A stretch of DNA of 64,000 nucleotides from assembly GCA_041661505.1 (NCBI GenBank), contig JBAZUF010000005.1:3532-67531 (forward strand), given 5' to 3'. The notes beneath the pieces are model-generated. The model made no database searches. It saw nothing but the letters and a program-made list of their open reading frames with translations, and was not told the DNA's origin. A program made the translations under genes and the position numbers. Of this stretch, positions 8,448 through 18,626 are shown piece by piece (the stretch's first letter is position 1; every line of letters begins with the position of its first letter). The stretch is from Patescibacteria group bacterium (lineage in GTDB: Bacteria; Patescibacteriota; Patescibacteriia; Patescibacteriales; JBAZCA01).

Positions 8448-8477
8448 ATAATATCACAACTTTCCCGCTCCGCACAA
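8448..8477 (-). promoter_or_regulatory. candidate sigma-70-type promoter for rmuC (TTGTGC-18-TATTAT)
   Basis: The minus strand reads TTGTGC (8477-8472), an 18-nt spacer, then TATTAT (8453-8448), about 27 nt upstream of ATG 8421. Confidence 0.35.
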
Positions 8478-8480
8478 CCC

Positions 8481-8509
8481 TTGCCAGGGGCGTTTTTTTA
8501 GGTTATAAT
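8481..8509 (+). promoter_or_regulatory. candidate sigma-70-type promoter for uvrA (TTGCCA-17-TATAAT)
   Basis: TTGCCA at 8481-8486, exactly 17 nt of spacer, and a consensus TATAAT at 8504-8509, 40 nt upstream of ATG 8549. Confidence 0.55.
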
Positions 8510-8548
8510 TACTTCTATTAGTTTTAGTTTACTATCAGCAAAATTTAC

Positions 8549-11410
8549 ATGAAAAACTCCATCACTATAAAAGGCGCGCGCGTCCATAATTTAAAAAACG
8601 TCTCGCTGGAAATTCCCCGCGATAAGCTAGTGGTCATAACCGGCCTTTCCGGCTCCGGCAAATCCTCTTTGGCTTTTGATACAATTTACGCCGAGGGCCA
8701 GCGCCGGTATGTTGAATCGCTTTCGGCTTACGCCCGGCAGTTTATTGGACTCATGGACAAACCGGACGTTGATCTGATTGAAGGGCTTTCGCCGGCTATT
8801 TCCATTGACCAAAAATCCGCCTCCTCCAATCCGCGTTCCACCGTCGGAACAGTAACGGAAATTTACGATTATCTCCGCTTGCTTTACGCCCGGATCGGCG
8901 ACCCCCATTGCCCCAAATGCGGAAATAAAATAAAGACCTATACGGTTGATGAAATCGTAGAAAATATTTTAAAAAACTATTCGGGCGAAGATGTTTATGT
9001 CCTGGCCCCGCTAATTAAAGACAAAAAGGGCGAACATAAAGGCATTCTCATTAACATTAAAAAAGCCGGATTCACCCGGATTAGGTATGACAAAGGCGTA
9101 ATCAGCCTGGAAGAGGCCGAAGATTTAAGCGTGGATAAAAATAAGCGCCATACGGTAGAAATAGTAATCGACCGGCTGGCGGTCGGCGCAGGAAAGGAAG
9201 ACCGGGCGCGCCTGGCTGAAGCGGTAGAAAAAGCCCTGGATCTAGCCAATGGACTGATAACTATCTATAAGGTAAAACAAGCTCCGGGCAATGGTTTGGC
9301 TGACAAGACTTATTCCCGGCTTTTCGCCTGCCCGGATTGCGGTTTAAGCCTTCCGGAGATTGAACCCCGGCTCTTTTCGTTTAATAACCCGCACGGCGCC
9401 TGCCCGGAATGCGGGGGTATCGGGACTAAGCTGGAAGTGGATCCTAGCCTTGTCCTAAACCAAAATTTAACTATTGCCCAGGGCGCCATCCGCCCCTGGT
9501 CGCATGGCACCGCCGGCTCCCAATCCTGGCTTTTGCGCATATTAGGCACTGTGGCTCTAAAAAACGGCTTTGACTTGAATACGCCGATAAAAAACCTTTC
9601 TCCCAAACAGCTCCATATCGTTTTGTACGGCACCGGCGAAAAAAACTATAATGTCGAATATCAGTCAGACCGCTTTTCCGGCCAGCTTACGACGGAATTC
9701 GAAGGCGTCATCCCAAACCTGGAGCGCCGCTACAAGCAAACCGAATCCGATTATATAAGAAAAGAAATTGAAGGCTATATGCGCGTCCTTCCCTGCCCCG
9801 CCTGCGAAGGCCGGCGCTTAAAACCCGAAGCTTTGGCCGTAAAAATCGACAGCCAATCGATCCACGAAGTTGCTTCTTTATCGATAGACGAGGTGTTCAA
9901 ATTTTTTGTACAGCTCGAAGCCGGGGATAAATTAACCGCCAAAAAGAGAAAAATTTCCAATCAGGTTGTCAAGGAAATAAAATCCCGCCTGCAGTTCCTC
10001 TTAAACGTCGGCCTTTCTTATCTTACTTTGAGCCGGGCGGCCAATACCTTGTCCGGCGGCGAGGCCCAAAGGATACGCCTCGCTACCCAAATCGGCTCCC
10101 AGCTGATGGGGGTTTTGTATATTCTAGACGAGCCGTCAATCGGACTGCACCAAAGGGATAATACCAAGTTAATAAGCACGCTTATGAACCTGCGCGATTT
10201 AGGCAATACTGTAATTGTTGTCGAGCATGACGAGCAAACTATCGAAGCGGCCGATTATGTCGTTGATGTCGGACCGGGCGCTGGAGAACACGGCGGGGAA
10301 ATCGTCGCCGCCGGCACCTTGAAGCAAATTATTAAATCTCCAAAATCCATAACCGGCCATTATCTTTCGGGAAAGAAATCTATTTCCGCGCCGAAAAATT
10401 ACCGGCCGGGAAACGGCCAATCGATAAAAATATTCGGCGCGTCGGAAAATAACTTAAAAAATCTCGACGTCGAAATTCCTTTGGGAAAATTTACCGCCAT
10501 TACCGGAGTTTCCGGCTCGGGAAAATCTACCTTAATGGACGACATATTGTCGCGCGCCCTGGCCCAAAAATTTTACCGGGCCAAAGAACAGCCCGGCAAG
10601 CACGACCGGATTGAAGGCACCAGCCAGATTAACAAAGTCATTAATATTGACCAATCGCCTATCGGCCGGACTCCCCGCTCCAACGCGGCCACCTATACCG
10701 GCGCTTTTACGCCGATACGCGAACTCTTTGCCGCCCTGCCGGAAGCCAAGCTCCGGGGTTATAAAGCCGGCAGGTTTTCTTTTAACGTCGTCGGCGGACG
10801 GTGCGAGGCCTGCTCGGGCGACGGTTTGGTTAAAATCGAAATGCAATTTCTTCCTGACATCTATATTGAATGCGAAGTCTGCCACGGCACCCGCTATAAT
10901 AAGGAGGCTTTGGAAGTCCATTACAAAGAAAAAAATATTTCTGAAATTCTCAACATGACGGTTGAAGAGGCCTCTTCTTTTTTTAAAAATATTCCGATTG
11001 TCCGGCAAAAACTGGAAACCTTGAACGAAGTCGGCTTAGGCTATATTAAGCTCGGCCAATCCGCCACTACTCTGTCCGGCGGCGAAGCCCAAAGAATCAA
11101 GCTGGCTAGCGAACTGTCCCGGCGCGACACCGGGAGTACTCTTTACATCCTGGACGAGCCGACCACCGGCTTGCATTTTGATGACATAAAAAGGCTTCTT
11201 TCCGTCCTGCAAAAATTAGTGGACAAGGGCAATACGGTTTTGATTATTGAGCATAATTTGGATGTTATTAAGTCCGTTGACTGGATTATCGACCTTGGCC
11301 CCGAAGGCGGCGACAAAGGCGGACAAATTATCGCCACCGGAACTCCAAGCCAGGTGGCCAAGGTTAAGAAATCCTATACCGGCCAGTATCTGGCCAAGAT
11401 TATAAAATGA
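8549..11410 (+). CDS. uvrA: excinuclease ABC subunit A
   Basis: 953 aa. Two ABC modules with Walker A ([20 protein letters not shown]), two LSGGEAQR signatures and Walker B (YILDEPS/T). Zn-finger cysteine pairs are present ([36 protein letters not shown]). Confidence 0.98.
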   Translation: MKNSITIKGARVHNLKNVSLEIPRDKLVVITGLSGSGKSSLAFDTIYAEGQRRYVESLSAYARQFIGLMDKPDVDLIEGLSPAISIDQKSASSNPRSTVGTVTEIYDYLRLLYARIGDPHCPKCGNKIKTYTVDEIVENILKNYSGEDVYVLAPLIKDKKGEHKGILINIKKAGFTRIRYDKGVISLEEAEDLSVDKNKRHTVEIVIDRLAVGAGKEDRARLAEAVEKALDLANGLITIYKVKQAPGNGLADKTYSRLFACPDCGLSLPEIEPRLFSFNNPHGACPECGGIGTKLEVDPSLVLNQNLTIAQGAIRPWSHGTAGSQSWLLRILGTVALKNGFDLNTPIKNLSPKQLHIVLYGTGEKNYNVEYQSDRFSGQLTTEFEGVIPNLERRYKQTESDYIRKEIEGYMRVLPCPACEGRRLKPEALAVKIDSQSIHEVASLSIDEVFKFFVQLEAGDKLTAKKRKISNQVVKEIKSRLQFLLNVGLSYLTLSRAANTLSGGEAQRIRLATQIGSQLMGVLYILDEPSIGLHQRDNTKLISTLMNLRDLGNTVIVVEHDEQTIEAADYVVDVGPGAGEHGGEIVAAGTLKQIIKSPKSITGHYLSGKKSISAPKNYRPGNGQSIKIFGASENNLKNLDVEIPLGKFTAITGVSGSGKSTLMDDILSRALAQKFYRAKEQPGKHDRIEGTSQINKVINIDQSPIGRTPRSNAATYTGAFTPIRELFAALPEAKLRGYKAGRFSFNVVGGRCEACSGDGLVKIEMQFLPDIYIECEVCHGTRYNKEALEVHYKEKNISEILNMTVEEASSFFKNIPIVRQKLETLNEVGLGYIKLGQSATTLSGGEAQRIKLASELSRRDTGSTLYILDEPTTGLHFDDIKRLLSVLQKLVDKGNTVLIIEHNLDVIKSVDWIIDLGPEGGDKGGQIIATGTPSQVAKVKKSYTGQYLAKIIK

Positions 11411-11455
11411 AAACTTATTTTTCCTTTAGATTAAGATTTTACGGCTAAAAGAAAC

Positions 11456-11492
11456 AAGGGCGGGATCTCGAATAGCAAGACCCTGCCCTTTT
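11456..11492 (+). terminator. rho-independent terminator after uvrA
   Basis: The stem 11456-11464 AAGGGCGGG pairs with 11482-11490 CCTGCCCTT (9 bp including one G-U). There is a small inner helix (TCT/AGA), and the sequence runs into TTTT (11489-11492). Confidence 0.5.
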
Positions 11493-11501
11493 ATAACACA
11501 A

Positions 11502-11996
11502 TTACCCGGCGGCCGCGAAGGCGCGAATCGCGCCCTTGGCCGTCTCCAGGAGGCTGGACGGCTTCACATCCAAGCTGTAGCCGATAACGCAAAGAGTGAT
11601 GGCCGCCGCCCAGTACACTTTGGTGGCACTCACTTCAGCGTTGCCGATGACAGTCTGGAGTACAAAAAATGCTACCAGACTCCCGGCGCCGACGATGGCG
11701 CTCACCGTCCTTGGGTCAGTGCCGAGCGAAACGGCCTCGTACTGCGCCGCATTTCCGACGTAGCAGAAAGCTGCGGCCAGGAGAAAAGGTACGATACAGC
11801 CGGCAAAATCATAATCAAATACCGGATTCACGAATTTGCCGAAAAAAAATTTCAGAGCCCAAAAGGTTCCCATCATGCCCAGCGTATCGCCCACCGGAAT
11901 TCCTTTGCGGGTCAAATAGCACATAACTATGCCCATTCCCGCGTAGGAAAGCGCCGAGGCGATGCTTAACCCCTTGCCGATTCCTATGATTTCCAC
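11502..11996 (-). CDS. small integral membrane protein, family not recognised
   Basis: 164 aa with 4-5 hydrophobic helices. The GTG start at 11996 is preceded by a strong SD (CCGGAGGGAGAGGAAAC-GTG). The sequence looks more GC-rich than its neighbours by eye. Confidence 0.7.
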   Translation of the reverse strand: MEIIGIGKGLSIASALSYAGMGIVMCYLTRKGIPVGDTLGMMGTFWALKFFFGKFVNPVFDYDFAGCIVPFLLAAAFCYVGNAAQYEAVSLGTDPRTVSAIVGAGSLVAFFVLQTVIGNAEVSATKVYWAAAITLCVIGYSLDVKPSSLLETAKGAIRAFAAAG

Positions 11997-12170
11997 GTTT
12001 CCTCTCCCTCCGGATCAAAGCTGGCATTGCACCAGCCAATAAAAAAACACGGCCATTTCCCTCCTGGCCACCTTGGCGGTTTTGTGTTTTTTTTCGGAAA
12101 GGACCTACCCGCTTCCAAAAAATTTAAAAGAGCGTTCCCTGGCCATACCAGCCCCTTTCTTTTGGCCAAA
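11997..12170 (-). promoter_or_regulatory. structured GC-rich 5' leader with an internal terminator-like hairpin + U7 (candidate attenuator or unclassified riboswitch)
   Basis: The minus strand reads ..UUUGGCCAAAAGAAAGGGGCUGGUAUGGCCAGGGAACGC..GGAAGCGGGUAGGUCCUUUCCGAAAAAAAACACAAAACCGCCAAGGUGGCCAGGAGGGAAAUGGCCGUGUUUUUUUAUUGGCUGGUGCAAUGCCAGCUUUGAUCCGGAGGGAGAGGAAACGUG. It contains two GGCCA..UGGCC hairpins, a GAAAGG/CCUUUC pairing, a U7 run (12047-12041) 45 nt before the start codon, and a GCUGG..CCAGC hairpin. Confidence 0.4.
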
Positions 12171-12321
12171 GGTTAGAAATTTGAGAATGAATCCCCCGGG
12201 ACACTGTGAAAATGAGTCTTTCTCATTCTTTTAGGATAATTGTAAGAAATTAAGAGCGCATTAAGCAGTATTTATTTTAATATTAGCTATTTATATTCCT
12301 CGCGAAATTACTCTAGAAAGT

Positions 12322-12349
12322 AAAAAAATAACCTCTCTTTTCAGGGAGG
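12322..12349 (-). terminator. candidate terminator after the phosphoesterase gene
   Basis: The minus strand reads GCCUCCCUGAAAAGAGAGGUUAUUUUUUUAC. The stem is CCUCCCU/AGAGAGG (6 of 7 pairs) with a GAAA loop, followed by a U-rich tail. Confidence 0.4.
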
Positions 12350-12378
12350 CTTATTCTAAAAAAACCAAGGGTATTATT

Positions 12379-12906
12379 TTAATTTTCTTTTAAGCTCTCG
12401 AGTAAAATTAACTCAATCTTCTCATCTTCTTCGCCCGCCTGCCCAGGCTCCGGCAGATTCCAAACGGCAAAAGTGGCTTTCTGGAACACTCCGCCCAAAG
12501 TGCCGGGATTTATAATCGTCACGCCTTTATCCTTTTCCAGCCAGGGCTTATGCGTGTGGCCGTAAAATACGTAATAAAGCATCGGATCAAGGGCCATAAC
12601 TTCTTTAACAAATTTAGGTTCATGGCAGAGTCCGGCTTTGATTTCCTCGAATTGCGCTAATCCATACCTCCCGAGATAATTGATATTATTATATTTTTTC
12701 GCTTCGCTTTCTTCGTAAATTTCCATATTGCCTCTTACAAGATAAATCGGGCCGTTAAAACTTTCCGCCAGCCTTCCTAGTGTTTCCGCGTTCGTAACGT
12801 CGCCCAGGCAAAGAAGCTTGCTAATTTTATTTTTTCCGCACCACTCTAAGCATTTGTCCAGATTAACCAGATTATCATGGATATCGGAAATAATCACTAT
12901 TTTCAT
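12379..12906 (-). CDS. YfcE/MJ0936-family metallophosphoesterase
   Basis: Contains MKIVIISDIHDN, LCLGDV, VRGNMEI and YGHTHKP, the canonical calcineurin-like phosphoesterase metal ligands. I place the start at ATG 12906; the track start 12936 overlaps the upstream gene. Confidence 0.85.
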   Translation of the reverse strand: MKIVIISDIHDNLVNLDKCLEWCGKNKISKLLCLGDVTNAETLGRLAESFNGPIYLVRGNMEIYEESEAKKYNNINYLGRYGLAQFEEIKAGLCHEPKFVKEVMALDPMLYYVFYGHTHKPWLEKDKGVTIINPGTLGGVFQKATFAVWNLPEPGQAGEEDEKIELILLESLKEN

Positions 12907-12922
12907 ATACATTGATGCCAGT

Positions 12923-14062
12923 TTATGTCCGGCCAAACATTAAAACCTCATATAAAATTCCGGCCGCGAACAAAATAAATACCAGGCTCAAAAAAATCAA
13001 CCCGGGCTTATGTTTGAAGAACGAAGTCCTTTTTTCTTTTTTCTCCATCTTGCGGAAAATTAAAATCAATGAAATACCGGTAAGCCCGCCGGAGATTGCT
13101 CCGGCAAAACTGATGACGTTAATAAAATTATTCAGCCCGGCCAAAAATAAGAGATACGGTAAAACTACGGCAAAAATAAACGCGAGGCCCGGGCGGACTT
13201 TGTAATCCCAGGTAAAAATTTCCTTAATGCACTGGGCGACGCCGAAAAAAGAAGTGGCAATTACTAAAAGCCCGAAGACCAGAGAGATTTGGATTATCTT
13301 GCCGTCTAAGATATTCCAGAGCCCGACCAGCCCGTCAGGCGTTGTCGCCTTCCCTGTTATTCCGGCCACCACCAAGGCGAAAAAGGTAATCATCGCTATG
13401 GAAATGAAAGTGCCCCAGGCCACGGCCGACTTCAATTGTTTTTTATCTTTTTTTACTATTTCCGCTACAATCGGAATCGCCCCGCCGCCGTCAAAGGCAA
13501 AAAGGATGGCGCCGTAAGGGAGAAGCGCGTATTTCCAGTCGATCGGGTTGTAATTAGTAAAATCAACATAACCGGCTCCGATTTTCGTAATTATAACTAT
13601 AATAACGAGTAAGGCCAGGGTAAATATCAATTCAAAGCGGGCAATAGCTTTAATCCCGAACAAAACCACGCCGGCCATAAAAACATACAGCGCGGTAGTA
13701 TAAAAAAGGAGGCTCCCGCCGAAAATTGGGTTAAAGAGTTCATGGGCAAAAATTCCGCCGACAATTATATAAGCTAAAACGGCGCCGTAATTCCCAATCA
13801 TCGAAGCAAAGAAGGCGAAATGTTTTCCCTTTTCACCGAGGTAAATTTTCGCGTAGCCCGGCGTGCGGTGATAGCCCGGCGTATCGGCGATTACCGAGGC
13901 ATATATCAAATGGATGTAATATTGCACCGTCCCGATAACGGCGATTAAAATAAGGCAGGGCCAGAGGCCGGCGCGCATAAATAAAAACGGCAGTCCGAAC
14001 ATGCCGACGCCGATGATATAACCGATTAATGCCGCCAGGGCAAACCAATAACGTTTTGTCAT
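12923..14062 (-). CDS. amino-acid permease-type transporter (HAAAP / Trp-Tyr permease-like)
   Basis: 379 aa with about 11 TM helices. The N-terminus ..LIGYIIGVGMFGLPFLFMRAGLWP.. resembles aromatic/hydroxy amino-acid permease family openings. Family assignment is from recollection only. Confidence 0.6.
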   Translation of the reverse strand: MTKRYWFALAALIGYIIGVGMFGLPFLFMRAGLWPCLILIAVIGTVQYYIHLIYASVIADTPGYHRTPGYAKIYLGEKGKHFAFFASMIGNYGAVLAYIIVGGIFAHELFNPIFGGSLLFYTTALYVFMAGVVLFGIKAIARFELIFTLALLVIIVIITKIGAGYVDFTNYNPIDWKYALLPYGAILFAFDGGGAIPIVAEIVKKDKKQLKSAVAWGTFISIAMITFFALVVAGITGKATTPDGLVGLWNILDGKIIQISLVFGLLVIATSFFGVAQCIKEIFTWDYKVRPGLAFIFAVVLPYLLFLAGLNNFINVISFAGAISGGLTGISLILIFRKMEKKEKRTSFFKHKPGLIFLSLVFILFAAGILYEVLMFGRT

Positions 14063-14074
14063 AACTTCACTTTT

Positions 14075-16036
14075 TCATCTTCCGCTTATTATCAACTGCC
14101 CCTCTTTAATAATATTTTCTTTATCCAGGCCGTCCTGGACTGACCAGCCGACAAACTTCTCCAATAACTTTTTCTTTTTCCCGCTTTCCATCAGTTCCGG
14201 CTGGCTCAATTTAGAGCTCATAGGCAAAAATTCAATTTGCAGTTTATCCGGCGCCCAGCCGATTGAAAGCGCTAACTCTTCCTGGGTGTCTTCGGAAAAG
14301 TACTGGTCAAAGACGAAATTGCCGAGCGAGTAAAAAATCGGCTTTCCTTTATAAATTTCCATTCCCTGCATTACGTGCGGATGGTGTCCGATTATTATAT
14401 CGGCGCCGGAATCGATTAGCGCCTGGCCGGTATTTTTTTGGCTGGAATTATTATTATGCTGGTATTCTGCTCCCCAATGGATGTTAACAATTACCAGATC
14501 AGTTTCTTTTTTCAATTTTTCCACGGCCTCCCGGGCTTTTTCCAGGCTGAAATTTTTATAAACCATGCTAAAGCCCGCCAGGCCGATCTTTTTCCCGCCC
14601 TTTTCCACGATTACGCTTGAGCAATCGCCAATTTGGGCGTCTTTACAGCCGGAAAAATCAAACCCGAGAGCTTTCAAATTTTCTCTCGTTTCCATTATAC
14701 CACGCTCCCCTTGATCGGAAAAATGATTGTTGGCTAAATTGAAAAAATTGAAATTGTATTTTTTCAAGCTCTTGATGAGATCCGGAGAAAAGGCGAAATC
14801 ATAACTATTGGCGGGCGGATAATGCGCGCCCAAATCGGTTACGGCTCCTTCCAAGTTGGCGGACACCAGGTCTTTTCCGCTAAAAATATTTTCTCCGCCT
14901 TCGTCCGGTTTTATGAGTTTTGCAAAAGGATAATCGGCGCCTTTGGATTTAATTTTTTCACCCACGTGCCGGTCAAGCATCAAATCGCCGAAAAATAGAA
15001 GCCTTAAACTTTCTTTAACGCCTTTCATACTGCCTTCATCCCCGCGTTCATTTTCTCTTCCGTCCGCATCGCTCGCCCCGCTCTCCCCTTTCCCGCCCGC
15101 CGCAAACACTCCGGTTACGTAGCTGGTCGCGTTTTTTATTTCCGGCTTGCCCGACAATAAAGCCGAATTAGAATTATTGAACAAATTAAAATTTATTGCG
15201 CCTTTTAATTCCGCGTATCTCGCGAGAGTATAAATCGACCCGGGCGAATCCAGTTTCAGGCTATAGATTTTTTCACAGTCGAGATTTTCCAAAGCCCCGA
15301 TGCTTTCCCGGTCGTTTTTCATTGCCGTTTCACTGTCGGCGTTATGGGTAAAATCTACGCTCGCGATAATAAGAATTTTTTTCTTTTTGGAAATTTCATA
15401 AAGCGCCCGGGCCAGGCTTTCGGCTTCCTCCTTTTTCAATCCCGGCCTTAAAACCAAGGGGAGAAATTTAGCCTTGGGGAAAACTTTTTTTATAAAAGCC
15501 GTTTCTCCGTAAATTGCGTGCTCCTTGTCAAAAATCCCTTCGTCCGGCACGGCGATCTTCTTCAAAGCCAATTCTTCTATAATTCCCTGGTCCGCTTCTA
15601 AGTCTCCATAAGGCGTCTTCCAGCTGGCTTCCGAGGTTATTATCCTTCCTTCGCCCGCCCCGAAATGATTGGGGCCCAAAAGCACGATTGTCTCGTATTC
15701 ATCGCCCGAGAAAGCCGAATAAAAATCCGCGATTAAATCCGCGGCTAAAAGATGGTGCGGAATAACCCCGCCGGCAATTTCTTTTTCTAAAAAATCTTTC
15801 TTTCGGTCCAGCCGGGAAAAGCTAAATGCCTGATCATAAAATTTTTTATCGCCAGGCTTTGATTCGTGCCAAACTTGATTCTTTTTTTGGGAAATGCCGG
15901 CCAGTAGTTTTGACCTTGCGCCCGCCACATCCGCGATAAAGCCAGCCGCTCCCGCGCCTAAAACTAAAATAAATAGGCCTGCAATAAAGAGGCCTATTAT
16001 TAAATATTTCTTCTTGTCAATTTCGGACGCTTCCAT
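14075..16036 (-). CDS. membrane-anchored fusion of a Memo/AmmeMemoRadiSam-B-like domain and a CapA (PGA_cap) metallophosphatase-like domain
   Basis: N-terminal TM (YLIIGLFIAGLFILVLGAGAAGFI). The Memo-like half has GGVIPHHLLAADLI..IVLLGPNHF..ASVDFTH. After a Gly/Glu/Asp linker, the CapA-like half has FFGDLMLDR, NLANNHFSDQGERG, VNIHWGAEY, GHHPHVMQG and FYSLGNFVFDQ. Confidence 0.75.
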   Translation of the reverse strand: MEASEIDKKKYLIIGLFIAGLFILVLGAGAAGFIADVAGARSKLLAGISQKKNQVWHESKPGDKKFYDQAFSFSRLDRKKDFLEKEIAGGVIPHHLLAADLIADFYSAFSGDEYETIVLLGPNHFGAGEGRIITSEASWKTPYGDLEADQGIIEELALKKIAVPDEGIFDKEHAIYGETAFIKKVFPKAKFLPLVLRPGLKKEEAESLARALYEISKKKKILIIASVDFTHNADSETAMKNDRESIGALENLDCEKIYSLKLDSPGSIYTLARYAELKGAINFNLFNNSNSALLSGKPEIKNATSYVTGVFAAGGKGESGASDADGRENERGDEGSMKGVKESLRLLFFGDLMLDRHVGEKIKSKGADYPFAKLIKPDEGGENIFSGKDLVSANLEGAVTDLGAHYPPANSYDFAFSPDLIKSLKKYNFNFFNLANNHFSDQGERGIMETRENLKALGFDFSGCKDAQIGDCSSVIVEKGGKKIGLAGFSMVYKNFSLEKAREAVEKLKKETDLVIVNIHWGAEYQHNNNSSQKNTGQALIDSGADIIIGHHPHVMQGMEIYKGKPIFYSLGNFVFDQYFSEDTQEELALSIGWAPDKLQIEFLPMSSKLSQPELMESGKKKKLLEKFVGWSVQDGLDKENIIKEGQLIISGR

Positions 16037-16066
16037 GTTTATGTGATTAATGAAGCTTCATGCGGC

Positions 16067-18616
16067 TTAATCTACTAAATCCTTGGTCCATTTGTCCGCG
16101 GCCGGCAATTTTTCCTTGCCGCCATAAACCTTGGCCTGCCACTCTTCGTCCGACAACCGGCTTTCCAGCTTGTCGGTAAATTCATAATGCGAAAAGGCCG
16201 TTCCCCGGGTCAGCCGGGCGCCATTGGCGTCTTTCACGGCAACATACATGATGTAGGGCTTGCCGGTGGCTTCATACAATATTTCTCCCAAGGGCGCATT
16301 GGTATGGATATCGGCAATGATTCCCGCCCGTTTTTCCCTTAAGGTAAGTTCCTGTCCCGGAAGCGGCGCGGTAACACTCTCGAAATAGTTCGAATTTACG
16401 GTTCTTAATTTTTCAAAATCATCGTCGCTGATTTTCCCATTAGCCAGTTCTTTGGCAACAATGCCGCGCAAGAACTCCGCCCCTTCGATATATGAATCAT
16501 AGCGTTCGGAGAATTCCGCCGGCATAAGATTCAGTTTTTTTAATCCGCCGCGGGTCATTTTCGATAAGGCCAAAATCCGGTTCCAAAAAACCAAATCCGG
16601 CTCTACATAGCCTTTTACCACCGGCGGCAATTCTTCCGGTCCGCCGGCGCCCATCTCGGCGTATGACTGCTTGGCATACAGCAAGGTGTCGTGCTTTAAT
16701 TCGGTAAACGATCCTAAAACCGCCCCTAAATTTTTTTTCATCCAGGGTTCGCCGGCCATAAAAGCCGGATAGCCGGCGCCGTAAGCCTCTAAAAGGGGTT
16801 TTAAGCAGTTTAACCAGCCCCAATAAATATTTTGGTTCCAGGTCTCATTGTCGAACTTGAAAAACTCATCTTTTAAGAGGCCGCTCGCTTTGGCGATAAT
16901 CTTATCCGACTCCCGGCCTTTTTCACGCTCGATTCTTTTCGGATCTTTTACCCATTCATCCAAATAGGTTTGGACCAGCTTATTTTCCGAAGCTAAAAGA
17001 TTGACGACCATCAAAGCCGTCGGCGTCGACGGCAATTTCTGGCCGGTTTCCGGATCCGGCGCCTCGTCTCCCTGGGTCAGGCGGTTAATAATATAAGCGT
17101 CCGGCGTAAATCTTTGGCCCATGAACCGGAACTGCATAGTGTCTTTTAAAAGCTCTTCTTTAGTTTTTTCATCGGACGCGCTCATCATAATCGCTTCAGA
17201 CAGGATCTTCGGCGCCGGCAGGTCTTTTTTCGCCTTTTCCTGGAATTTAGCTAACAGTCCGTCATCCTTTAATTGTTCAACCGTCATCTCCGCGCCATAA
17301 ACTCCTTTTATCGTTTGCGTATATTGATAAGGGGTTAAATCGTCCGCTTCGCCGACAAAAAAGGAAATGGCCGCGCTTATATCGCTCCAGAGCTTAGCTA
17401 TTTTTTCATCGCCGACTTTCAGATTATTAACTTGGCCGGTTATTATCAAAGCGTCGCGGGTCATATCGGCGCTCTTTATCGGAAAGCCCATCCGGCCGTA
17501 CCACATCATGGCAATAAAATAACTCTTTAAGACATCGTTTTTCGTATAGTGCGAGCGGGGTTTGAATTGGGAATAATCATTGGTAAATTCAGGCCGGTAC
17601 GGGGTGAATAGCGGCGAATCAGCAAGGCCTTTGGCTTCGTTTATTAAAGCCAATTCCTTCTGGGCAATATTATATATCTCCTCCGGTATTTCTACGCCGT
17701 CATAGGCTTTGCTGGCCAGTGTAAATTGGAAGTTCCCCTCGCTGTTCGCGATTTCTTTTTCGCTTACAGCTTCAAGGTATTTGGCAAAAGTCGGGAAATC
17801 TTTGGGGTTAATATCGGCATTGGCCGACTTACTGCCCTGATCTAAAACTACTAAAGGCGCCAGATAATAAGCGGTCAATCTTTTATAGGATTCCTTCAGC
17901 CGGGCGTCATCGGCGTTAGCATAGCCATTCAGTGAATCCAAAAAAAGGTTTCGGGTTATGGCCCTGATGGCCGGCTGGAATTTTTCTTCCTCAATTTTTT
18001 GAAAACTCCGGTCGATTAAGACGTGGTAAACGTGCAAGGCCAGGTCGCTGGAAACAAAAACCGAATTTTCCGGCTGTCTTTCGTACATGCTTGACGGCCC
18101 CTGGATATAATTGTAAGTATCGGTAAAATCATCTTGCGCCGGCTCTTCGCCGACGATATCGTTTTTCGCCAGGAAAAAATTATTCACTTCCAGGGCCGAG
18201 AGCTGTTCCTGGGTAAAATTTATTTTAGCGTTTTCTTTAAAGCTCTTGTAATTCTCCAATTCTTTCAGGCTGGCCTTTTCTTCCGGCACTTTCGGCGTTA
18301 CCAGCCCCTTAATTTCTTCGTATTCGGCAAAAACCGGCTTTCCCAGATCAAAAGAAAAAAGCTTCTCGCCGGCTTTTTCCCCGGTTATTGCGGCCGGCCC
18401 TTTTTTCATCCGGCTTTTCGCCAGCCCGAAACCGGCGGCAACTATTAAAATAGCCGCGGCAACTATAAGAATCTGCCATTTATGCCCTGAATTTTTTGGT
18501 GCCGGACTCGGAGCTGGGTTAAAAATTTCTTTAACCGCCGGCTTGGCCCGCGGCTTTTCTTTAGCTGGTCTTTTGATCATAAGAATTAAAAATGAAATTA
18601 AAATTTTTGAATCCAA
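16067..18616 (-). CDS. large membrane-anchored extracytoplasmic protein, DUF3160-like
   Basis: 849 aa with an N-terminal TM (WQILIVAAAILIVAAGFGLA). The segment ..YSQFKPRSHYTKNDVLKSYFIAMMWYGRMGF.. matches my recollection of the DUF3160 core. No catalytic motif recognised. Confidence 0.6.
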   Translation of the reverse strand: MDSKILISFLILMIKRPAKEKPRAKPAVKEIFNPAPSPAPKNSGHKWQILIVAAAILIVAAGFGLAKSRMKKGPAAITGEKAGEKLFSFDLGKPVFAEYEEIKGLVTPKVPEEKASLKELENYKSFKENAKINFTQEQLSALEVNNFFLAKNDIVGEEPAQDDFTDTYNYIQGPSSMYERQPENSVFVSSDLALHVYHVLIDRSFQKIEEEKFQPAIRAITRNLFLDSLNGYANADDARLKESYKRLTAYYLAPLVVLDQGSKSANADINPKDFPTFAKYLEAVSEKEIANSEGNFQFTLASKAYDGVEIPEEIYNIAQKELALINEAKGLADSPLFTPYRPEFTNDYSQFKPRSHYTKNDVLKSYFIAMMWYGRMGFPIKSADMTRDALIITGQVNNLKVGDEKIAKLWSDISAAISFFVGEADDLTPYQYTQTIKGVYGAEMTVEQLKDDGLLAKFQEKAKKDLPAPKILSEAIMMSASDEKTKEELLKDTMQFRFMGQRFTPDAYIINRLTQGDEAPDPETGQKLPSTPTALMVVNLLASENKLVQTYLDEWVKDPKRIEREKGRESDKIIAKASGLLKDEFFKFDNETWNQNIYWGWLNCLKPLLEAYGAGYPAFMAGEPWMKKNLGAVLGSFTELKHDTLLYAKQSYAEMGAGGPEELPPVVKGYVEPDLVFWNRILALSKMTRGGLKKLNLMPAEFSERYDSYIEGAEFLRGIVAKELANGKISDDDFEKLRTVNSNYFESVTAPLPGQELTLREKRAGIIADIHTNAPLGEILYEATGKPYIMYVAVKDANGARLTRGTAFSHYEFTDKLESRLSDEEWQAKVYGGKEKLPAADKWTKDLVD

Positions 18617-18626
18617 AACTCTTTCT

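Noticed and set aside
11984-12169. 61-aa minus-strand ORF upstream of, and overlapping, the small membrane-protein gene.
   Set aside because: It is out of frame with the downstream gene, rich in Pro/Trp/Gly/Lys with no motif, and coincides with the hairpin/U7 leader structure. I interpret the region as non-coding leader RNA.
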